Assembly: GCA_949291655.1 (NCBI GenBank)
Contig: CASEWT010000001.1
Coordinates: 21,709-85,708 of the forward strand
DNA: 64,000 bases
Direction: 5' to 3'
From: an uncultured Bacillota bacterium
Lineage (GTDB): Bacteria > Bacillota_I > Bacilli_A > RFN20 > CAG-826
How positions within the stretch are numbered: position 1 is the stretch's first letter; each line of letters starts with the position of its first letter. Shown one piece after another: positions 29,369 to 38,546 of this stretch. Made by a program: the position numbers and the translations under genes. The notes under the pieces were generated by a model. That model was given only the letters and a program-made list of their open reading frames with translations. It was not told where the DNA came from and did not search any database.

Positions 29369-32029
29369 TTACTTCTTGGCGGTTGCCCGCTTGTGGAGGA
29401 TGTTTGCCTGGGCCGCGGCAAGGCGGGCAAGCGGCACCCGGAACGGAGAGCAAGAGACGTAGTCGAGGCCGACTCCATCGTAGAAGGCGATGGACGCCGG
29501 ATCGCCGCCGGTCTCGCCGCAAACGCCGACGACGAGTTCCGGACGCGTGGCCCGGCCGCGGTCGAAGGCGATCTTGACGAGTTCGCCAACGCCTTCCCTG
29601 TCGACGGTCTGGAAGGGATCGAACTCATAGATCTTGCGATCGTAGTAGAAGGGGAGGAACTGACCGGAGTCGTCACGGGAGAAGCCCATGGTGAGCTGCG
29701 TGAGGTCGTTGGTCCCGAAGGAGAAGAATTCCGCTTCCTTGGCGATGTCGCCGGCGCGGAGGCAGGCTCTCGGGATTTCGATCATCGTTCCGATCTTGTA
29801 GGAGAGGGTGTGGCCTTCCTTCTTCATCTCGGCCTCGACGGCTTCGGTGACGACGGCCTTGGCCCACTTGAATTCCTTGACCTCGCCAGCGAGCGGAATC
29901 ATGATTTCCGGCTCGATGTCGTGGCCGAGTTCCTTGCTGGCCTTGAGGGCCGCTTGGATGATGGCCGTGGCCTGCATTCGGTAGATTTCCGGGTAGGCAA
30001 CGCAGAGGCGGCAGCCACGGAAGCCCATCATCGGGTTGGCCTGATGGAGCTGCTCGATGCGCTCCTTGACCTTCTGGACCGAGACGTTCAGGGCCTTGGC
30101 AATGCCTTCGATCTTCTCTTCTTCGTGGATTTCCGGGAGGAACTCGTGGAGAGGCGGATCGAGGAGACGGATGCAGACGTGGCTGTCCGGGTTGGCCATG
30201 TACATGGCGTAGAAGTCGCTAACCTGATAGGGGCGGAGGCGCTCGAGGGCGGCTTCGCGCTGCTCGGCGGTGTCGCTAAGGATCATGGACCTCATGTTGA
30301 GGATCCGGTCATCGGCGAAGAACATGCGCTCCGTCCGGCAGAGGCCGATGCCTTCAGCGCCGAACTTGCGGGCATTCTGGGCATCGAGCGGGGTGTTGCA
30401 GTTGGCGCGGATCTTGAGCCTCCGGTACTTGTCGGCCCAGCCCATCAGGCGGCCGAAGTCGCCGGAGAGGGAAGCGTCCATCATGGCGATGGAGCCCTCG
30501 TAGACATGGCCGGTGGAGCCGTCGACGGAAACGATGTCGCCGTCATGGTAGACATGGCCCTTGATGGTCATGGTCTTGGCTTCTTCGTTGATGATGGCAT
30601 CGGTGCAGCCGGCAACGCAGCACTTGCCCATCGAACGGGCAACGACGGCGGCGTGCGAGGTCATGCCGCCGCGAGCCGTGATGATGGCTTCGGCGTTGAC
30701 CATGCCGATGATGTCTTCCGGAGAGGTTTCGGCCCGGGCAAGGACGACCTTGGTCCCGGCGTCATGGCGAGCCTTGGCTTCCTCGGCCGTGAAGACGAGA
30801 GCGCCGGTGCCGGCGCCCGGGGAGGCCGGGAGACCGGTTACGACCGGGGTGTGTTTCTTAAGGTCGGCCGGATCGAAAGTCGGGTGGAGAAGGTCATTGA
30901 GGGCCTTCGGCTCGACGCGGAGGGTCGCCTCTTCTTCGTCGATGAGACCTTCGTCGACGAGGTCGCAGGCAATCTTGACAGCCGCCCGGGCGGTCCGCTT
31001 GCCGTTCCGGGTCTGGAGGAAGTAAAGCTTGCCGCGCTCGATGGTGTACTCCATGTCCTGCATGTCGCGGAAGTAGTGCTCCATGCGCGCGATGGTGGCC
31101 ATGAACTCCTTGTAGACTTCAGGCATCCGCTTGGCGAGCTCGTCGATGTGGAGCGGGGTCCGGATGCCGGCGACGACGTCTTCGCCCTGAGCATTCGGGA
31201 GGAATTCGGCGTAGATGTTCTTTTCGCCGGTGGACGGGTTGCGGGAGAAGGCAACGCCGGTGCCCGAATCTTCGCCCATGTTGCCGAAGACCATCGTCTG
31301 GACGTTGACGGCGGTGCCCCATTCGTAGGGGATGCCGTTCATCTGACGGTAGACGTTGGCACGCTCGTTGTCCCAGCTGCGGAAGACAGCCGCGACCGCT
31401 TCGCGGAGCTGAACGTAGGGATCGGTCGGGAAGTCTTCCCCGAAGGTCTTCTTGTAGTAGGCCTTGTACTCGAGGACGAGCTTCTTGAGTTGCTCGGTCG
31501 TGACTTCGGTGTCGAGCTTATAGCCGTTCGCTTCCTTGATCTCGTCGAGCATCCGGTCCATGTCGGTGCGGGGGTGGCCCTTGGCGATGTTCGTGAACAT
31601 GAGGATGAAGCGCCGGTAGCAGTCGTAAGCGAAACGCTCGTTGCTGCTGGCCTTCGCGAGTTCCTCGACCGTGGTGTCGTTGAGACCGAGGTTGAGGATG
31701 GTGTCCATCATGCCCGGCATCGAGATGCGGGCGCCCGAACGAACAGATACGAGGAGAGGAACGCCGGTTCCGCCCCCGAAGGACTTGTTGTCCACCTTTT
31801 CGACTTCGTGGATGTGGTTCACGATGTCGTCCCACACGAAGTTGGGGATCGTTTTCCCGCTTTCGTAGTAGAGAGTGCAGGCTTCGGTCGAAATGGTAAA
31901 GCCAGCCGGGATGTTGACGCCGGCCGCCGTCATTTCGGCGAGGCCATAGCCTTTGCCGCCAAGGATGTCCTTGCCGAGATGAAGCTCGGTGGCTTCCTTG
32001 AAGGAGAAGACGTACTTCTTTTCTGCCAT
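29369..32029 (-). CDS. ppdK: Pyruvate, phosphate dikinase
   Basis: 886 aa. N-terminal ATP-grasp domain, central phospho-histidine domain (GGMTSHAAVVAR), C-terminal PEP-utilising TIM barrel. AGGAGG RBS. Confidence 0.93.
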   Translation of the reverse strand: MAEKKYVFSFKEATELHLGKDILGGKGYGLAEMTAAGVNIPAGFTISTEACTLYYESGKTIPNFVWDDIVNHIHEVEKVDNKSFGGGTGVPLLVSVRSGARISMPGMMDTILNLGLNDTTVEELAKASSNERFAYDCYRRFILMFTNIAKGHPRTDMDRMLDEIKEANGYKLDTEVTTEQLKKLVLEYKAYYKKTFGEDFPTDPYVQLREAVAAVFRSWDNERANVYRQMNGIPYEWGTAVNVQTMVFGNMGEDSGTGVAFSRNPSTGEKNIYAEFLPNAQGEDVVAGIRTPLHIDELAKRMPEVYKEFMATIARMEHYFRDMQDMEYTIERGKLYFLQTRNGKRTARAAVKIACDLVDEGLIDEEEATLRVEPKALNDLLHPTFDPADLKKHTPVVTGLPASPGAGTGALVFTAEEAKARHDAGTKVVLARAETSPEDIIGMVNAEAIITARGGMTSHAAVVARSMGKCCVAGCTDAIINEEAKTMTIKGHVYHDGDIVSVDGSTGHVYEGSIAMMDASLSGDFGRLMGWADKYRRLKIRANCNTPLDAQNARKFGAEGIGLCRTERMFFADDRILNMRSMILSDTAEQREAALERLRPYQVSDFYAMYMANPDSHVCIRLLDPPLHEFLPEIHEEEKIEGIAKALNVSVQKVKERIEQLHQANPMMGFRGCRLCVAYPEIYRMQATAIIQAALKASKELGHDIEPEIMIPLAGEVKEFKWAKAVVTEAVEAEMKKEGHTLSYKIGTMIEIPRACLRAGDIAKEAEFFSFGTNDLTQLTMGFSRDDSGQFLPFYYDRKIYEFDPFQTVDREGVGELVKIAFDRGRATRPELVVGVCGETGGDPASIAFYDGVGLDYVSCSPFRVPLARLAAAQANILHKRATAKK

Positions 32030-32090
32030 GTTTTCCTCCTAAGTAACTAGGCGCTTTGAGCGCCCTGGCGTTAAAAATGATAACACCGGC

Positions 32091-32108
32091 TTCTTCTTAT
32101 TAGAAGAA
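32091..32108. promoter_or_regulatory. Perfect 18-bp palindrome TTCTTC-TTATTA-GAAGAA in the ppdK upstream region
   Basis: Inverted repeat about 60 nt upstream of the ppdK start codon, within the divergent ppdK / lipoprotein intergenic region. Confidence 0.45.
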
Positions 32109-32400
32109 AGAACCCTTTTGCGACCCACTCAGTTGCCTTTTCGGGGCTTTCCGCTTTCGGAGGTCTACCTGATGGCGGGCCCCGGCGGCCGGGGGCGCTT
32201 GCCCTTGAACGGCGTAGCCCCGCAGGGAATGCCGTTACATTGTTCAGGAGTCGGATTCCAGGAAAATGAGCGCCGGGCCTATTGGCTGGCTTCGCAAAAA
32301 AAGTTATCAATGTGTCATATTTCCGTTGACATTTGCCCTGCTCACCGCACATTTGGCCTATGTTCGTGCCACACGGACAAGAAAGGAACTCATAAAAACC

Positions 32401-33993
32401 ATGGAAAAGAAAGCGTTGGTTCTTCTTTCCCTCGGCGCTCTCCTCGGCCTCGCCTCTTGCGGCGGGGTGACCGCCGACTCCTCCTCGTCGACCCCCGCTG
32501 AGTCTTCTTCGGAACTCGCCGGGACCGATTCCTCATCTGTATCCGAGGGCTCCATTCCGGGATCCTCATCGACTTCTTCGTCCATCGACAGCGGAGACAG
32601 CACGAGCTCTCCTTCCGATTCCACGACGAGCGAAGACGGAATCGAACTTGGCACCTGGGACGCCGAAATGGAGGCGAACCTCGCTTATCTTACCGGCGAC
32701 CACGTCCCGCCGGTGACCGCCGACTTGGCCGCAGCCGATCCTTATCTTGGGCAGGACACGAACGGCAACTTTGCCATCGTCGCCGACAATATCGACTATT
32801 CGCTGGTGACCGACTGGGCTAGTGTCCTCATCGATGCCGGTTATGTCGACAACACCGACCTCTATGGGTCGATGGGTTACGAAATCATGGACGGGGAAGT
32901 CGTTCTCGACATCGAATTCGACGACGGGGCAGCCATCCAAATCGATATTTATTTCCTCGACGAAACTGAGAATTTCGCTTCGGAGGGGATCGGTGGCATG
33001 ATTGCTTATCTCTACTACACAGAACCGCCCATTACCGAATTCCCGTCGGCCGATATCGCTGACTACCTCGAGTATTATTACGGGATCACCGGCGTCGAGG
33101 TCCCGGCCTTTGAAGCCGACGAGTACCTCATTTATGAGCCGAGTTCGGACTACCCCTACATCGAGGTTGACGGCTATACGGCCACCGATCCCAGCGAGGA
33201 TTACGCGATTACCTTGACCGATGCCGGATGGACCACGAGCGAACTAAGCAACCTTTCGGGCTATGTCGATTCGACCGGGACTGTTTTCCTCGCCATGGGG
33301 TACGACACGGAGTATTCCGTCTTCTACATCATCCTCATGCCCGCCCCGTCTACCGAATGGCCGACGGAAGCGGTCGACGAGATACTCGCCGCCCTCGATG
33401 CCTCCGGCGTCGAGCTCCCGGTTCTCGAAGGAGCCGAATACTACGAGGTCAATACTGATTACTTGGGCTTTCTAGGAATTGCCTACGTCCTCTGCGGCGG
33501 CATTGACGGAGTCGACACCTATTACGCCGCTCTCGAGGCGGCTGGCTGGACCTACGATGCCGAGAACGATATCTATATCGATCCGACGGGTACCGTCGCC
33601 GTCTATGCGGAATATTACGAGGGCCAAGGGACGCAAATCATCATCCAAGCCGCCCCGGCGCCGGTATTGGACGAATTCCCGGCCGAAGAACTTGCCGCGC
33701 TCCTTGCCGAATACGGTTATACCGGAATCGATATCCCGGCACCGGAAGGCGAGTTTACCGGCTACATGATTGACGACATGCTCGTCGACTATGGAATGCT
33801 CTATCTCAACTGCTATACCACGACTGATTGCACGGAGTCCTACGAAGCCCAACTTCTAGCGGAGGGCTGGACCTACGATGCGGAAGAGTATTGGTATGTT
33901 TCTCCCGATAACGCTGATATAGCCGTCAGTGTCACTTATTACGAAAGTTCCGGGTACCTCGAAATCGCCATCTATTGGCCCCTTGCCTATTGA
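32401..33993 (+). CDS. Acidic lipoprotein made of four tandem repeat modules of about 110-130 aa
   Basis: Lipobox MEKKALVLLSLGALLGLASCGG, then a Ser/Thr/Asp-rich linker, then four units each containing an F/IP..EG/AEY motif and a Y..L..AGWTYDAE motif. The protein is very acidic and rich in Tyr. Confidence 0.8.
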   Translation: MEKKALVLLSLGALLGLASCGGVTADSSSSTPAESSSELAGTDSSSVSEGSIPGSSSTSSSIDSGDSTSSPSDSTTSEDGIELGTWDAEMEANLAYLTGDHVPPVTADLAAADPYLGQDTNGNFAIVADNIDYSLVTDWASVLIDAGYVDNTDLYGSMGYEIMDGEVVLDIEFDDGAAIQIDIYFLDETENFASEGIGGMIAYLYYTEPPITEFPSADIADYLEYYYGITGVEVPAFEADEYLIYEPSSDYPYIEVDGYTATDPSEDYAITLTDAGWTTSELSNLSGYVDSTGTVFLAMGYDTEYSVFYIILMPAPSTEWPTEAVDEILAALDASGVELPVLEGAEYYEVNTDYLGFLGIAYVLCGGIDGVDTYYAALEAAGWTYDAENDIYIDPTGTVAVYAEYYEGQGTQIIIQAAPAPVLDEFPAEELAALLAEYGYTGIDIPAPEGEFTGYMIDDMLVDYGMLYLNCYTTTDCTESYEAQLLAEGWTYDAEEYWYVSPDNADIAVSVTYYESSGYLEIAIYWPLAY

Positions 33994-34036
33994 TTCCAGC
34001 ATTCTCATTTACGGTCAATACCGCGAAACGAACCGC

Positions 34037-34078
34037 AAAAGGCCCCCTGATTGTTTCAAAAACAAAGGGGCCTTTTTT
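34037..34078 (+). terminator. Rho-independent terminator after the lipoprotein gene
   Basis: 10-bp stem AAAAGGCCCC/GGGGCCTTTT with a long loop, followed by a T-run. Confidence 0.55.
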
Positions 34079-34216
34079 CGTGTCCGGCCCAAAGATCGCG
34101 GGCGTTTTGTCGACCGCTGCCCAAACGATTTGGCCGCTTGTTTGGCGGATGGTTGCAATACTCGTTGGGTTTCAGTTGCGCCTGTACTCCCTAACGCCTG
34201 CTTTTTGTCCTAGACT

Positions 34217-34939
34217 TTGCCTATGATGAAAGACTGGAAAAACTTCCTTGATACGCGCTTCTGCAAAGGAATTGCCCACCGGGGCCTCCATGACGAAACC
34301 CGGACCGAAAACGGCCTCGAGGCCTTTCGGAACGCCATCGCCCACGACAAGGCTTTTGAATTCGATATCCATTTGACCAAAGACGGGCAATTGGTCGTCG
34401 TCCACGACTCGGACCTGAAACGAGTGACCGGAAAGGAAGGAACCGTGGAAGAGAAGACCCTTGCTGAGCTGAAGAGGGATTACCGCCTTCTCGATGGGGA
34501 AGAAATCCCGACCCTCGAGGAGGTACTGAGCCTAAACGACGGGCGGGTTCCGATGGTAATCGAGCTTAAGGCTTGCGGCGGCAACCGGGCGATCAAGGCT
34601 TTGTCCCACGCGGCTCGGGCAGCCCTTCAAGGTCGGGTCGACCCGAGGAAGGCCATCATCATATCTTTCGACCCGCGGGCGCTCCTTTTCTTCGGTAGCA
34701 AGAGCGGGTTCCATCTTTCGCTTCTCGTCTGCCTCGAAAGGAAGTGGACGCTGGGGCTAAGGAACTTCTTCGATTCCCTCGACCTTGACCAGCGGCTCCT
34801 CCTCGATAAGAAAGTCTTCGCCTATCGCAAGAAAGGCCGTCTCGTCAACACTTGGACGATCCGAAGCTTGGAGGCCTTGAGGAGCGTATCTCCCTACGCC
34901 GACCTCATCACCTACGAGAATTTCGTGTATCCGGAATGA
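34217..34939 (+). CDS. Glycerophosphodiester phosphodiesterase (GDPD family)
   Basis: 240 aa, GIAHRGLHDE...ENGLEAF...EFDIHLTKDGQLVVVHD GDPD motifs. Confidence 0.85.
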   Translation: MPMMKDWKNFLDTRFCKGIAHRGLHDETRTENGLEAFRNAIAHDKAFEFDIHLTKDGQLVVVHDSDLKRVTGKEGTVEEKTLAELKRDYRLLDGEEIPTLEEVLSLNDGRVPMVIELKACGGNRAIKALSHAARAALQGRVDPRKAIIISFDPRALLFFGSKSGFHLSLLVCLERKWTLGLRNFFDSLDLDQRLLLDKKVFAYRKKGRLVNTWTIRSLEALRSVSPYADLITYENFVYPE

Positions 34940-35088
34940 GTTTTTAGAGAAGAGAACCCCTTTTTGGGGACGATATTGCAATTGGGCATCCATTTGTCTT
35001 AACGAGTTTCGATAGTTATAGAAACGAGGAAATCGCGCGGCCAATTGCTTCTTTTGTGTCGCAAGCGAAGTGTTACAATGCCCCTATC

Positions 35089-36666
35089 ATGAACGATTCC
35101 CAATTGGTTTTGACGATCGACTTCGGAACGCAAAGCGTCAAAGTGGCCATCTTTGACCAGACCGGGTCGGTCATCGCCTTTGAAAAAGAAGACTACGATC
35201 CCCCTTACGTAAGCCCTCTTCCGAACTATGCCGAGCAACGCCCGGATTACTACTACGAATGCCTTTGCCGCGCCGCCAAGCGGCTAAGCGCGAGCCACGG
35301 CGACCTCCTCAAAAAGGTAACGGTGGGGACTATCGATTGCTTCCGCGACTCTTGCGTCCTTCTCGACGAGAACATGCAGCCGGTCCGTCCGATGATCATC
35401 TGGCTCGATCAACGGCTGGCCACTTGCAAAAAGAAGCTCCCGCTTATCGACCGCTTCCTTTTTGCATTGGTCGGGATGACCGAGACGGTGAAGCTGAACC
35501 GGGCCCGTTCGTATGCCAACTGGGTGCAGGAGCACGAACCGGAAATCTGGGCCAAGACGAAGAAATACGTGAACGCCTCGGCCTACTTCACCTACCTGAT
35601 CACCGGGCATCTCGCCGATTCGCCAAGTTCGACCGTCGGGCACTATCCCATCGATTTCAAACGCCATCGCTGGTACAAGAACCCCGAAAGGCACCTCAAA
35701 GGGCAGATCTTCGGGGTCAAGAAGAGCCAACTGGCCGATTTGGTAATGGAAGGAGAGGAACTCGGGAGAGTTTCGGCCAAATGCGCGGCGGAGACGGGCC
35801 TCCCCGAGGGGCTGAGGTTCATCGCTTCCGGGAGCGACAAGTCGTGCGAAACCCTGGGCCTCGGCGTCATCGACTCTTCGCTGGCAGCCCTTTCCCTTGG
35901 AACGGCTTGCAGCATCGAGACGACGATCGACCACTATATGGAGTCCGAGCGATTCCTCCCTGGCTATCCGAGCTGCATCCCCGGCTTCTACAACCTCGAT
36001 GTCCAGATTTACCGGGGCTTTTGGATGGTTTCCTGGTTCCGGAAGGAATTTGCCTACAAAGCCAGTCCCCGGGACCTCGACAAGATGCTCGATAGCGTCC
36101 CCCCGGGAGCCGACGGATTGGTCCTCCAGCCTTATTGGGGACCCGGGCTAGCCCGGCCTTTGGCCAAAGGGACGGTCATCGGCTGGAGCGATTCCTCGAC
36201 TAGCGCCCATTTCTACCGAGCCATCATCGAGGGACTATGCTACGCCCTTCGGGAGAGCTTCGAGTCTTTTGAGAGGAAAGTGGGGCACCGGATCCCGACA
36301 ATCCGGGTTTCCGGCGGCGGGGCCAATAGCCCGGCCATTTGCCAGATCGCGGCCAATATCTTCAATCGGAAGATCGAGCGCGTCCAAACGACGGAGACGT
36401 CGTCCCTCGGGGCGGCCATTGCCGCCTATTTGGCGGTCGGGACTTTCAAAAGCCCGGAAGAGGCCATCGCCAAGATGGTTCATCCCGCCGACTGCTTCAC
36501 GCCGGATGAACGTGTCGCTAAAAAGTACGACACGCTTTACCATAGCGTCTATCTTCAGCTCTTCCCCTCGCTTCGGAAGGCCTATCGCAACATCAAGGCC
36601 TTCAACCGGGCCGAGGATGCCGAGAGGCTCTTGGAACTAGAGGCAAGCAAAAAGGCCAACAAGTAA
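35089..36666 (+). CDS. FGGY-family carbohydrate kinase (xylulokinase/glycerol-kinase-like)
   Basis: LVLTIDFGTQSVKVAIFD N-terminal actin-fold motif, and the second FGGY domain with GGGANS. The start could instead be the ATG at 35056. Confidence 0.8.
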   Translation: MNDSQLVLTIDFGTQSVKVAIFDQTGSVIAFEKEDYDPPYVSPLPNYAEQRPDYYYECLCRAAKRLSASHGDLLKKVTVGTIDCFRDSCVLLDENMQPVRPMIIWLDQRLATCKKKLPLIDRFLFALVGMTETVKLNRARSYANWVQEHEPEIWAKTKKYVNASAYFTYLITGHLADSPSSTVGHYPIDFKRHRWYKNPERHLKGQIFGVKKSQLADLVMEGEELGRVSAKCAAETGLPEGLRFIASGSDKSCETLGLGVIDSSLAALSLGTACSIETTIDHYMESERFLPGYPSCIPGFYNLDVQIYRGFWMVSWFRKEFAYKASPRDLDKMLDSVPPGADGLVLQPYWGPGLARPLAKGTVIGWSDSSTSAHFYRAIIEGLCYALRESFESFERKVGHRIPTIRVSGGGANSPAICQIAANIFNRKIERVQTTETSSLGAAIAAYLAVGTFKSPEEAIAKMVHPADCFTPDERVAKKYDTLYHSVYLQLFPSLRKAYRNIKAFNRAEDAERLLELEASKKANK

Positions 36667-36690
36667 AAAGCCCCGCAAAAGGGGCTTTTA
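36666..36690. terminator. Bidirectional hairpin terminator between the FGGY kinase and the TetR gene
   Basis: AAAAAGCCCC GCAAAA GGGGCTTTTA, with an A-run on one side and a T-run on the other. Confidence 0.6.
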
Positions 36691-36707
36691 TTCAACGGAA
36701 CGGGAGT

Positions 36708-37319
36708 TCAATCCGCCGCCTTGAGGAAGAATTTCAGGATGTATTCGGGCTTCGGGCATTTGAAGTTGAGGCCTTTGTAGCGGATCCGGCGGTAGGAGAT
36801 GCCGGTGAACCAGTCGAGGAAGAAGGATGTGACCCATTCGGCGTTTTCCGACCTTCCGGTTCCTTCCTCTTTGGCCTCGCGCTGAAGGCGGGCGACGACG
36901 TCTTGGGCGTCGTAAATCTTCAGGGTGGCCCGGACCTCCTCGCTGATCGAGTAAGCGGAGCGGCGAACCTCGACAAGCCTCGAAAGGAGAAGTTTTTCCC
37001 CACCCTCTGAAAGAAGCTTGGCGACGAAATTGCAGAATTCCTTGAGTCCGGCCGTTCCGTGCATTTCCTCGATATGGCGGATTTCCATCATCAAGGACGG
37101 ATACTTGGCCGAGTATGTTTCGACGACGGCGTTGAAGAGTTCTTCCTTGCTCTTGAAGTAGTAGTAGAAGAGCCCGTGGGAGCAGCGGCAGGCGTCCGCG
37201 ATTCCGTCGACAGTCAAGGAATCGTAACCGTCGTAGGCAAAGAGGCGGAGGGATTTCCTGAGGATCGACTCCCGACGCTTATCGCGCATTTGTTGATTTA
37301 ATTCTTTTGACCTTGGCAT
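36708..37319 (-). CDS. TetR/AcrR-family transcriptional regulator
   Basis: N-terminal HTH RRESILRKSLRLFAYDGYDSLTVDGIADACRCSHGLFYYYFKSKEELF. The probable start is MPRSKE at 37319. Confidence 0.85.
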   Translation of the reverse strand: MPRSKELNQQMRDKRRESILRKSLRLFAYDGYDSLTVDGIADACRCSHGLFYYYFKSKEELFNAVVETYSAKYPSLMMEIRHIEEMHGTAGLKEFCNFVAKLLSEGGEKLLLSRLVEVRRSAYSISEEVRATLKIYDAQDVVARLQREAKEEGTGRSENAEWVTSFFLDWFTGISYRRIRYKGLNFKCPKPEYILKFFLKAAD

Positions 37320-37327
37320 AAGTAACC

Positions 37328-37358
37328 TTTGCAAAGATTTTTGTTTCAGATTTGCAAA
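37328..37358. promoter_or_regulatory. Two copies of the 8-bp palindrome TTTGCAAA, 23 bp apart, in the divergent TetR / flavodoxin promoter region
   Basis: TTTGCAAAGATTTTTGTTTCAGATTTGCAAAA. A candidate TetR operator pair. Confidence 0.5.
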
Positions 37359-37419
37359 ATGTCAACAAAAGAGGACCATATGTGCGCGTCTGTATCCGGC
37401 GTGTTAGAATTGGCGGGCT

Positions 37420-37974
37420 ATGAAGACCATCGTTCTCTATACCTCGAAAACCGGCAATACGGCGAAGTATGCCGAGGAAATCGCCTCCCAAGTCGGAGCC
37501 GAGGCCAAGCCTCTGAAAAAATTCCGCTGGAAGAAGGAACTCCGGGACTACGATTGCCTCGTTTTCGGCGGCTGGGTGATGGGTGGAAAGATCCAAGGGG
37601 TCGACGACTTCCTTGCCCATTACGACGAAATGCACGACGCCGGGAAGGACATCGTCGTCTTCGCGGTCGGAATGTCGATGCCGACCCCCGAGGGGCGGAA
37701 GGAACTCATCTCCCTCAACCTTCTCGACCTTTACCGGATCCGCTTCTACCAAGTCCGCGGAAGCTTCGACATCAACGCTCTCAAGTTCCCATACTCGATG
37801 GTCATGAAGGCCACTCTCAACAAGATGGAAGCCGATCCCGACCTCACCGCGGACAAACGGGCTCTTCTCGAGCTCCGGGAACGCCCCCTTGTCTATCACG
37901 ACGACGAGAAGGTGGCCAAGATCGTCAATATCCTCAAAACGATTGACGAGCAAAGGAAGAACAAAGACGCGTGA
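37420..37974 (+). CDS. Flavodoxin-like protein
   Basis: MKTIVLYTSKTGNTAKYAEEIA... flavodoxin fold. The stop overlaps the pth GTG start. Confidence 0.7.
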   Translation: MKTIVLYTSKTGNTAKYAEEIASQVGAEAKPLKKFRWKKELRDYDCLVFGGWVMGGKIQGVDDFLAHYDEMHDAGKDIVVFAVGMSMPTPEGRKELISLNLLDLYRIRFYQVRGSFDINALKFPYSMVMKATLNKMEADPDLTADKRALLELRERPLVYHDDEKVAKIVNILKTIDEQRKNKDA

Positions 37975-38546
37975 AGCTCATCGTCGGCCTTGGGAACCCC
38001 GGGCTTCAATACGCTAAGACGAGGCACAACATGGGCTTTCAAGCCATCGACCGCCTGGCCGATCGCTTGGGCGTTCTCATCGACCGCGAACGCTTCGACG
38101 GCCAATATTGCCTTGTTTCCGACCAGCGCTTTGGCGAACATTTCCTTTTGCTGAAGCCACTGACCTACATGAACCTTTCCGGGAAAGCGGTGGTTCAGCT
38201 GGCCTCTTTTTTCAAGATTCCCGCCTCGGACATCATCGTCTGCTACGACGACCTCGATACGAAGCCGGGCGACATCCGCCTTCGGGAAAAGGGCTCGAGC
38301 GGCGGCCACAAGGGAATGCAATCGATCATCGACGCCCTTTCGACGAGCGACATCAAGAGGGTGAAGGTTGGGATTGGGAAGAACCCCCTCATCCCAGTCG
38401 TCGATTACGTCTTGGGCAAGCCGTCCAAGGACGAAGCCCCTCTAATCGACGAAGCCCTCGACCGGGCTGCCGAGGCCCTCGAATATGCCCTTTTCCATCC
38501 TTTCGAGGAGACGATGAGCCGCTTCAATCAACCGCGCCATGGCTAA
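37971..38546 (+). CDS. pth: Peptidyl-tRNA hydrolase
   Basis: 191 aa, LIVGLGNPG...TRHNMGF...GGHKGMQS motifs. Confidence 0.92.
   Translation: MKLIVGLGNPGLQYAKTRHNMGFQAIDRLADRLGVLIDRERFDGQYCLVSDQRFGEHFLLLKPLTYMNLSGKAVVQLASFFKIPASDIIVCYDDLDTKPGDIRLREKGSSGGHKGMQSIIDALSTSDIKRVKVGIGKNPLIPVVDYVLGKPSKDEAPLIDEALDRAAEALEYALFHPFEETMSRFNQPRHG

Noticed and set aside
29393-32050. 885-aa plus-strand ORF antisense to ppdK. Other long antisense ORFs are 9499..11184 (opposite gyrB), 1787..2770, 7151..8005, 38524..39549, 42260..43498, 47467..48924, 49520..50434, 50594..51400, 56251..57015, 58059..58937, 62402..63298 and 26501..27757.
   Set aside because: Each lies opposite a well-supported conserved gene. Their translations are Arg/Gly/Asp/Val-rich and low-complexity, as expected of stop-codon-poor antisense frames in about 58% GC DNA. 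None shows recognisable motifs.
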